Below are positions 1-9,695 of a stretch of DNA of 64,000 nucleotides, in pieces. A program made the translations under genes and the position numbers. Below the pieces are notes generated by a model. It made no database searches. It saw only the letters and a program-made list of their open reading frames with translations, and was not told the DNA's origin. This stretch comes from Saccostrea echinata (lineage: Eukaryota). How positions within the stretch are numbered: the stretch's first letter is position 1; each line of letters begins with the position of its first letter. The stretch covers positions 15,686,001-15,750,000 of the forward strand of contig NW_026889779.1 in assembly GCF_033153115.1 (NCBI RefSeq), in the 5' to 3' direction.

Positions 1-645
1 TGATGGCACTATAATCTTAAATTAAGAATATCCTGAAAAATTATCAGTAGGAAAGGTACATTGCATATGTCCTTAACTTAATATATTTACATTTATTTTT
101 GTTTCACCTAATGATATGTATTAGACAGTTTAATAAGTTATATATACACTTTTCACACAAAACCCAACCACTAGGGTCTGTCTGGCAAATGAATATAAGA
201 TTACTTAGTTTTTACATATAAATTGTTTGCTTACTAGTCACATTGTATCATTTGTTAATAAATAAACTTAGTAATTACTATCAGCTTTTCAAAAAAAAAA
301 ATCAAATTTGGGTAATCAAAATTTTTCACTGTGTATACTCTTTTCTTGAATGGTAGTAACTGCTGCAATGACTCTTCCATAATTATAACTTACCCAAAGG
401 ATAATACCAGGATTTTGAAATAGAAAGCAAAAATGCAGACAAGGCAGGGAGTTAAAAAAAATGTAAATACAAGCACTGAATTATCATTTTGAAAGATGTA
501 GTCTCATACCTGCAAGGGTGTGTTCAAATAAATTTTCATAATGCACTAACATGCCTTACTCCGATTTGTTTGGACACATTGTTGCCATTATGACACTACA
601 TCATTCAAAAAATAATAATTCAATGCTTACATAACTGGTCAATAC

Positions 646-1455
646 CAGGGTTGGAAATTCACTGTAAATAGCAGACACAGGGCTGGCTATGTTTAAAAGT
701 TACCAGCCCTGCTCACAATCTGCCAATCCTGATAAAAATGTTCATTATTATGAATGTACTATTAATAAAGCCTAATATTTACCAAGTTCACAACGAAATC
801 CAGTCTGTAGATTTTTTTGTGAATGAGGTAAACAACTAAAAAATAGAAATTCTCGGTTTAAAAATAGGAACTGGCTATATCACTCGGAACACCTCGGCCG
901 ATTCATACCTCATCTAACCTCGGCTGTATCATGTAAACCATCATTGAACTGGAGATATTTATAGGCAATATGGCTGCACCCTATAATTACACGTGCACAA
1001 TGTGCTGAACCTGATCCATTAACACAATGTGACTATCTAAAGATACTAAGTGCATGTTTCTTGGTAAATGTTATTCTAAGTGTTACCTAACTGCTTTTGA
1101 AATTTTTTATCGTATGTCTGATGCTTGTTTATTTTCATTTTAAAAGAGTTATGTTTTCCGTAAGCGGTAAACAGGCTTACAGCCTTATCACAAATGTTAG
1201 GCGGAGACAAATATCAAGTTTCCTTATACAGCCGAGGTTTGATAATGGTGACGGAATCAGCCAATGTTGGCCAAATGTGGCTATATTTTATTTATTAATA
1301 AGTAAACAACTTAAAAATAAAAATTCTCAGTTTAAAACTAGGAACTGGCTATTAAAATTAGCCCGACCACCGGGCTGTCATCTGAAGTTTCGTCCCCGCC
1401 CACCTGAGAAACAGACCATCTCGGGCACTCGGGCGGGCTATAATTTCCAACCCTG
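646..1455. mobile_element. hAT-like non-autonomous DNA transposon (MITE)
   Basis: TIR CAGGGTTGGAAATT at 646 and AATTTCCAACCCTG ending 1455; flanking (g)tcaatac duplicated on both sides (7 bp clean, 8 bp if the terminal G is shared). Confidence 0.8.
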
Positions 1456-1514
1456 TCAATACAATGAAATGATAGTGAGATAAACATTCAAAGCACAAGA
1501 TCATGACGTCTGAC

Positions 1515-1855
1515 CTTCTGGCAAGTAATCCAGCTCGCCATCAGAATCCGCTGTACCATTAGTTTCTGCCTTTTCCTCAGAATCTGCTCTTTTTGTATTT
1601 GTTGGTTTCCTGAAATGAAAAAAAGAACATTCCCATCTGGCATCTCACAGTCAGAAAATATTGCATTAACTGATATCCGAAAGTTGGATTTTGTCTTCTC
1701 AATTTAAACATTTAAGAATGCTCTTAATTTGAATTATCAGGATTTTTATTTTATTTTTTTTTTTGATTGTAGACTTAATATATTCAAAACTTTTTTTTTC
1801 TTCAGAATTTGATAAATATTAACAACAAAAATGTATGTTACCTTCTCGAAGACAT
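1515..1855 (-). CDS. 5' part of an unidentified spliced gene running toward the left edge (MSSRRKPTNTKRADSEEKAETNGTADSDGELDYLPE...)
   Basis: 14-nt exon 1855-1842 (cag|ATGTCTTCGAGAAG|gtaaca) joins in phase to exon 1609-1515 (ttcag|G...GAAG|gtcaga). A probable 5'UTR exon ends at a gtaagt donor near 2484. Downstream exons not resolved. Confidence 0.5.
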
Positions 1856-2545
1856 CTGCAAGAGACAATTTTATGATGTAAGATTCAAACAGTGTAATTT
1901 ATACTGTGTGACAGCTTTAATGTTTTTCAGTCTGACTAAAGCCAGACCTCTATTTACGCTATCTCACAGAATAGAGGTATGGCTTTAGTCAGATTGATTG
2001 TTTTTAAAACTAATGTCTTAAAACTTCTATTTGTTATTTTTTGTTGTTCTATTATTGATTTTGAATATCAAAATAAAAAAACTAACATTATCATCATTTA
2101 TATACGTATTATATGTTCATTAAACGTTTAAATCGTGACAATGTTTAATATTTATCCTATTACATCTTGTAAATAATGCACAAGGGACGTCACTCTTCAT
2201 GCCGGTTTTGACAACACCTGCACCACGTAAAAACTTTGAACAATGTGAAATAGAGTTGAATGAAAAACTCAAATAAAAAAGAACTACATAAATGAGCACA
2301 TCTTTTCGGACATGTATGATTTATTTCAGATTAGCTAAACGGGGGATCACTTGTACAGATTCACAAAATGGCGCTAAATACGGGATTCCGCATGTTATCA
2401 GCAAAAACGGCTGCTTCCCGGTGGTTCTAAAGAAATATTGATCAAGTCTGGAATGGAATATTAAGAAAGATAGATTTCACTTACAGCTGATGTTTATATC
2501 CAAAGATCCGCCAACTCACTGTTTTACTCAATCCATTTTTCCACT

Positions 2546-2665
2546 ATGGCGGACGGCTGAAATGACGTATCGGGTCACGTGACTGACCCTACCTTGACCC
2601 TAATTTGCATAATTTATGCATGACGTCATGAACTCTATTTGCATATAATTTACATAATTATGTAA
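2546..2665. promoter_or_regulatory. Dense TF-motif cluster at the putative promoter of the left-edge gene
   Basis: YY1-like ATGGCGG (~2546), GTCACGTGAC (2574-2583), two TGACCC half sites, octamer ATTTGCAT (2603, 2637), CRE TGACGTCA (2621), palindrome TTACATAATTATGTAA (2650-2665). Confidence 0.45.
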
Positions 2666-4650
2666 TAAAAAATTGATGCCACACGAAATATTATCTCTTT
2701 TTTGCGCGACTTTATTTTCCCGAAATTTTGAATTTTCCGCCAAAGAAACTCGTATTTGTCGATCCCGACGGTAATGGGATTACAGAATTTGAAAGATTGT
2801 CATTGAACAAAAACGCAAATTTATCTTCATTTTCAAAATGAATGGAACTTTTGAAATTTTAATTAGAAGTTGAATGAACAAATGTTGATTATAATTAAAC
2901 TAAAAGCAAAATGTTGTCAATTATTATTTATGCATTGTAATTTCAGTTTGATGGATAAAAAAAAAAGTTTCATTAGACATGCTGTGATTACGCTTTTAGA
3001 AAATTTTGTTCCTCCTTGGGAAAAAAAAGTTTTAAAAAATTTCGTGGGTTTTTTCCCTATGAAAAAGGGGGGCTTTAACAGTAATTTTCTGGTGAGACCA
3101 AAATGAAATTAAATCGAATATGCGCACCAAGTTGCTATGTTCTAAATTTTTATAGTTTGCTCCCATCCTGTAAATTCATATATTCAAAATGAAGACAGGC
3201 ATATGACTATGATTGTGACCCCTGTCGGAATTTTGATGTCATTGAATAAGATAACGATAAGTTCCCAATTACTGGATAAAATATGGAAGAGGTTCTAGCA
3301 TGTACAATGTATATTTATTTAATCTATGCTTTCATGCTTTAGTGTTGATGAATTATACATAACAGACCTGTATTTCACGTCTTCAATATTTGATATTTTA
3401 GGGGACATCATCTTAAAGATTTTTTCCTTAATCTAGTCAAATTGGGGGGGGGGGGGGGGGTTCCTTGCGGAAAAGAGATGGTCAAACAAGGCGTGCAAAA
3501 TGTCTACAGCTTTAAATTCATAAAAGCATTTTTGAATTTAATATTTATAGTAAAGTTTTTATCATTTAAAGAAAAGAAACAAAACAAAAAATTTTATGGC
3601 AAAAATCATTCTATGAATAACCCCCCCCCCCCCCCCCGATATTCTTGGGGTTCAAACCCAAGCAATCAAAATCCTGAGGTCATTAATTTTTCAATCGAGA
3701 CTAAGCTGTATACCACTACGCTATATACCGCTCATAACAAATATCGACATTTAAGGATAAATAACACAAACAAACCTTGTTCAGAAATCGGCAATATTTC
3801 TCATAGATTTATATTCAAGTAAGTAACCTGAATAATGTTTACCAAGTAAAGTGGGAGAATTTTGTTAGATTTTTTCGCAATGTTAAAAATATATGCAAAA
3901 TTTTGTATAGAATTATATAGCAAACAAAACAAAGTCGCATACTATAGTATTTAAGCACCAAAGAATACTTACGATTTCTTTATATTTTAGGGATTTATAA
4001 TTTATGTCATTTCTATTCAAAATCAGTCAAAAAATATGGATCAATCCAGGCATCAAATTTTTCTTTGTGTTATGTATCCTTAATTCATGTTTGTAATATG
4101 ACCCTCGACTAAATGGACTATTTCTTGGAAATTATAAGTTTGTGATAACCGAGGAATGTATATTTTTGCGCATACTTTGAAGATAATCTTTCAAAAAAAA
4201 AATGGAGTAAAAACCCACTAACATGGAAAAATTGTGTTTTAGTATGAAGAATTGATCATTTTTGCTCTCTTTGGTGTATGTAATGTATGAAAATGTAATG
4301 TATGAGAGAGGGGGGGGGGGGGGGGGGGTATGAGTAATTCCTTTACCATTAATTAAAAACACTGAACAAGATGAGCTTGTATAATTTTAATGATTGATAT
4401 ACTTTGGTAAAAAATACTGCTAAATTTTTAGAAATACATATTAATAACATAAAATAAAATTCAAGTGTAAACAATTGTAAGTTTTGAAACTTATTTATAC
4501 TAGTTTATAAGTTAAAAAAATTAAACCATTCGTAATTCAATGTTGATTGAATCACAATGCATACCAAAAACGTGTGTGAGGATATAAAAATAACTTCACC
4601 AATTGTTGAAGGGTAGACAACATAAAAACTGCCATTAGGAAGGTTACTAT

Positions 4651-5046
4651 TAGGGCTGAGACGATATATCGAGATATCGATTCAATGTTAGGATGATACG
4701 CATATCGATACGTATGAAGAAATATCGAAATATCGCAAAATAATTTCTTACAAATCTTTGTTTACTTAACATTTTGGGTGAAATATACAAAATAAATATG
4801 CTATATATAAATATAAATACGAAATACATAATAATTAATACCACTTAAGTAAAATGACATTGTTTTGCAACAGATTTATAACTTCTTTGAATTAATTTTT
4901 CTTATTTTGTGAAGAGATGTTTCGTTCATTTCAATACAAAAACACATTTTATAACCAATTCAACATATCGTGATACATATCGTATCGTGGCTCAAATATC
5001 GTAATACGTAATTGATATAGAAAAAAGTTGTATCGTCCCAGCCCTA
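4651..5046. mobile_element. hAT-family MITE
   Basis: TIR TAGGGCTG(A/G)GACGATA, perfect 8-bp TSD GTTACTAT (4643-4650 and 5047-5054), subterminal ATCG/CGATA repeats. Confidence 0.9.
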
Positions 5047-5461
5047 GTTACTATAAAGCTGATGAGTGAATAAATACAATTCAAAATTTCTACATTAACA
5101 TATTCAAATTGTCATGCAGTGAACTATCTTAATGGGATTGACAAGAATTATTTTTTTAAGAAATAAGTACAATGTAAGTATTTATCTACTAGTATTTCTC
5201 TTAAGTTTGAGATACAGAAACATTTTTAATGATAAGAAAGACATACATATATAATTATATATAAATCAGCTTGTGCCCCATATATTGATTTAATTTATAT
5301 CATTATATATTTCAATATAATTTATATATAATATATTTTTATATAATTTATATTATAATTGACATAGTTTCTAACTAGAGATACAAAAGATATACATTTA
5401 TCAGCATGACAATACACTGAATTTTTAATCTAATCATACAAGAGTCAATAGTACATGTATA

Positions 5462-8064
5462 TCATTTTACATCAATTTTGGTTACATGAGGGCCTCCAGA
5501 CGAATTATCCCCCGGCTTCGTTTTTGTTTGAGTTTTTACTGTGCCATTCTTTATACTGTCCTTGTTGTTGTCTGAGTTATCAACATTTGCATAAATTGGA
5601 TCTTCTGCATGCACTGTTTTATCGTTGTCTACAACAGACTTGACCTCGCTATTTTCCTTTTCTTTTTTCCCATCTCTTTTCTTGAATTGAGCAACTCCTT
5701 TGTAAAGTAGGGGTCCATCTTCATGCAACAATAGGCTAGGCCAAACAACATATTCAATGAGGTCACCAGATCTTGTGTATGCCCTGTACATCTCCATGGA
5801 ATCGGTGCTAGTAACCATATACACAGGCGGATCCTGAAGTGCCATCATCCAGCAGAGGCGTGTACAAAGTTTAAAAAAGTCATTGGCATGTTTACAGTTC
5901 TCCAGTTGGTTCACAGCAATTCCTAATTCTTCTTCAGCCGTTGTCTGATCTTTAATGACTTTATATGGAAGGATCTAAAGATAATATGTAGAAATATAGG
6001 ATTGTTAATTTGTTCTTTTTATCCCTGAACAACAAATCTGTTCAATATCAAAATGTACTAAAATTAATTTGTCCATTTAAAGGACAGAGGATACAAACTT
6101 TTATAAAATATCATAAAAATAACAACCAAAATCATGTTTATATAAATAACAAATGAAAAAGTTTGTATAGATTAATATGGGTGGTTGGAGAAAAGTAGAA
6201 TTTTGAACATCATAAAAAGTTTACAATTTCTTAATATTTTATGAATTAAATATTTGCATTGNNNNNNNNNNNNNNNNNNNNNNNNNNNNNNNNNNNNNNN
6301 NNNNNNNNNNNNNNNNNNNNNNNNNNNNNNNNNNNNNNNNNNNNNNNNNNNNNNNNNNNNNNNNNNNNNNNNNNNNNNNNNNNNNNNNNNNNNNCATAAT
6401 ATGGTCTTACATTACCTTTAAAGCTTGACTTAGAGTGATTTCGCAATGTCTCCTGATAAAATCTCGGCATTTTCTGTCCAATTCGATTGCCATTTCCTTA
6501 ACAAAAAATGAATAGATGATCTCCAATAATTTTAATAATGCAGGCTTGTTGGAGAATTAACCTGCTTTTTATCATATTACTTGAATTTCCTGGACTATCT
6601 CTTGTTTATTTATACACTTACTCCAACATTTTCGTTGTGAAAGGAGACCGCATCCTTGACGTGTTTTAACTGCTCCGCTGCCTTTTTCTTGCATTCTTCA
6701 TACGTTACCTTTGGTTAAAGGGAGAACGAAGAACATTTAATAAAACACACTACATAAGATAGTATTTACATAATCTCAATGGATTTAACCATGAAAAAAA
6801 TCGTATTAATTTGTAATTCGAATTCTCAGACAATTAATTGCAGAGTTGAAAGACCAATTTCCTACAGTATATGGAAGAAGATAGCGACACCTTAGCAAAA
6901 TTATATAGAAACTTGATGACAACGATGTCCATTTCTTCTTCCGACGTTTCCTTTGGGAATTTTATCGTTTGCTTCAATTCCTCTGCCGCATCCGTCCATT
7001 CGTTGTCGTACAATTCAGAGAACTTCTCTGCCAACTTACTAGGTCGATTCTGGTCGCTAAGATCTGCTATGGCAGGATTGTTTGATTTTAAACGGGCACC
7101 TGCTACTTCCGATATCCTGAAAAAGGCGGATGTTAGATGGAGGTAAGAAGACACGTTTTGGTTTTTGAAATGGACATTAAAATTTTCATATCTGAAATTG
7201 TAGACTTCTTGTGGTCCGCACAATTTAAAAAGTTTGTTTACAAACACGACATTTGCTCTCAAATATACACAGATTCCTTTCACTATCTCAATTTATAATT
7301 TCTAAGGTCAGACGACACGTTTCTCAATACTATAATGTTTCCCAAAAATTGTTATTGATGGAAGTATTGCTATATATACTTTAACAAGTTTCCTGGCCAA
7401 AATATTTTTTAGGTACATTATATCAAGCATTTGTGCAAGATTCCAGAGGATGGTATTTCCTACATATTATCCTATTATCAATCCTTCGGCGTATATATAC
7501 ATTTTTAGACATTTTGAAAACAATGGTAGTAAATCGCAGGATTACTAACTAGGTATATTATTATATATTATTATTATTGTTATTATTATTTTTATTAAGA
7601 GATACAAAGCAATGTGTCGTCAGACCTTAACATTCAGAAACTGCTGCATAAATACTTTACTTATTCAAAATATCTTGGCGTTGTTTTTCAAAACTTGAGA
7701 GCTGCTGTTTCATTGTTATCAGTCCGTGGGTTGACTGTGAACTTCCATCCTACAGAGTTAAGTATAATATCAGGTATATTCACTATAGTTTTAACACGAC
7801 TGGGTTTTTTTTTCTCCGATAAATAAAATTCACTTTTCCTTATTGTGAATTATGACAATTGTATACCTTTTGGTGATGTTGGATAAATTCCTGCAAAGCT
7901 TTGACATCGTCCACGGATAATGATTTCTTGCCGTCTTTGTACTCACTCAAGACGTTGTTGAGTTGTTGGTAAGGGTCTCTGGGCGGACGGGGTCCATCAG
8001 AAGTGCCTTTAGGTTGACTCGGAGAACTCCCATTTTGACTGACACCACTCCCCATTTTATCCAT
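5462..8064 (-). CDS. Mitochondria-eating protein (Mieap/SPATA18) C-terminal-domain protein, ~394-397 aa, bivalve-type paralog
   Basis: Phase-consistent GT-AG exons: (8064 or 8055)-7867, 7749-7661, 7116-6891, 6708-6622, 6496-6416, 5974-5462. Family motifs NPAIADLSDQNRPSKLAEKFSELYDNEW, LCWMMALQDPP and YRAYTRSGDLIEYVVWPSLLLHEDGPLLYKGVAQ. An N-gap lies in the last intron. Confidence 0.85.
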
Positions 8065-8823
8065 CCGATAGTCCCTGTATATATATACATATATAAACTT
8101 CCAGCAGAGACGGATACAAACACAATAGAAATATATACTAGTACCTGGTGATGTATCACCTACCATTATATGCATGGACATCTGTAGTTCATGACATCTA
8201 ACATCGATTCTTAAAAATCTGCTTTCGGTTTGGCAGTAAGAATGCTATATTTACATTTTTTAAATATTACCAAGGTGGAACGCCTGACCTGGAATTTATA
8301 GTGCCATGTTGTTCGTTCAATAAAAAGGAAACCGTGGCATTACTATCGAGGTGCTGTTAGTTGAGTGTTTCCTTGCATCACCATTCTCATTGCAATATGT
8401 CACAAGGTTTGTTTAACAACATAGTCATTTAAGCTCATATCTGCTTATTTGATGGCGTATCACAATAAATCATTTAATCGTGTCTAGTACTTTCGTTTTA
8501 AAAAATTAACATCCCTGTTTAACACTATTAAGTTGAGTAGTAACCGAGGAAGTATTGTTTAATTGGACCAAGTTTCCGAATGAACAATTTAACCAAAGCG
8601 TCTAATATTAATTAATACTTCATGATTAGTTTTCTGACCATTTAAGGTAAACATGAAAATTAAAGAAGATGGGCAAAAAAAGGCGAGCGAAGTGCCTATA
8701 GTGCGACAAACATGAAGATGAAAAATTAAATCTCATAATAACAAAATTTTCTTTGATATTTCATCTAAACTCAAGGCATACTTTATGTAAAATATCCTAA
8801 ATTTGCAAAAATCTCGCAAAGAT

Positions 8824-8901
8824 CATGGCCGCAGGAACCGTCTGAAAATGTATGGCTGTGCCCCCCCCCCCCCCAAACTGAATATGCTTCCTACGGGCCT
8901 G
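8824..8901. mobile_element. Short MITE (CATGGCCGTAGGAA...TTCCTACGGGCCTG family)
   Basis: Imperfect TIR; flanks aagat/aaggt (5-bp TSD, 1 mismatch). Related ends at ~12265, 22079-22307 and ~48578. Confidence 0.65.
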
Positions 8902-9695
8902 AAGGTTGAAATTATTTGCCTATGAAATAGCATACTAAAGAGGGCAAAAAGGATAATTTTCTCATACTTTAACACATTTTTTCGATACGAGTGGGTCTTT
9001 GCTCCATATTTTTGAAAGTTTACCCCCAAAGTTTGCGTAAAAATATACATTTTTCCGTTAACAAAAACATTGAGCAATGACCCACTATACCTTGAAAATA
9101 CACTTTCATGACACAGCATTTGCATTTTTCCGAGAAATAGAAGTTCATTTAGTCAAGGGCCATATCACAAACATGATTTAAATGCCACTATTCATCAGGA
9201 GCTGTTTTAACGTAGTGGGTAGCGTGTTAGTCTCAAAGGAAAATGATACTCAGGATTTTTATTGCTAGGGTTCGAACCCCAAGAATACCACGGTGACATT
9301 ATTTTTTCAATAACAAAATAATTTTTGCCGAGAAAAATTTCCTCAAAAAAGTTTTGTTTATCATGATTTCTTATATATATCTGAAGCTATAGGCATTCTG
9401 CGCACCTTGTTTACCCATCTCATTTCTCGAATCAACTAGATAGACCTTACAGACTACATGTATACATGTTCCCTCTTGCATATTTAGAAAAGTATTTAGA
9501 ATTTGGGAAAAAATAATCAAAATCGTAGATGTTACAGTGTAATTCGTGTTATTTCATTCATCATTTTCATGTTGTCAGCACAGATCTGATTATTAAAAAC
9601 TAGTGCCGTACTTAATGAGTGACACTTTAAAAAAAATGTAGGTTGGATAGAAAATACAATATATTATTGTACTTTTGCTCCCCTTTTAAATACAG

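Noticed and set aside
393-476. Possible hydrophobic exon of the left-edge gene (VLVFTFFLTPCLVCIFAFYFKILVLSF)
   Set aside because: Splice sites are plausible, but no consistent open downstream exon could be joined within the window.
1097-1483. 128-aa ORF on + strand
   Set aside because: Lies almost entirely inside the 646-1455 MITE, starts at TTG, and shows no recognisable domain.
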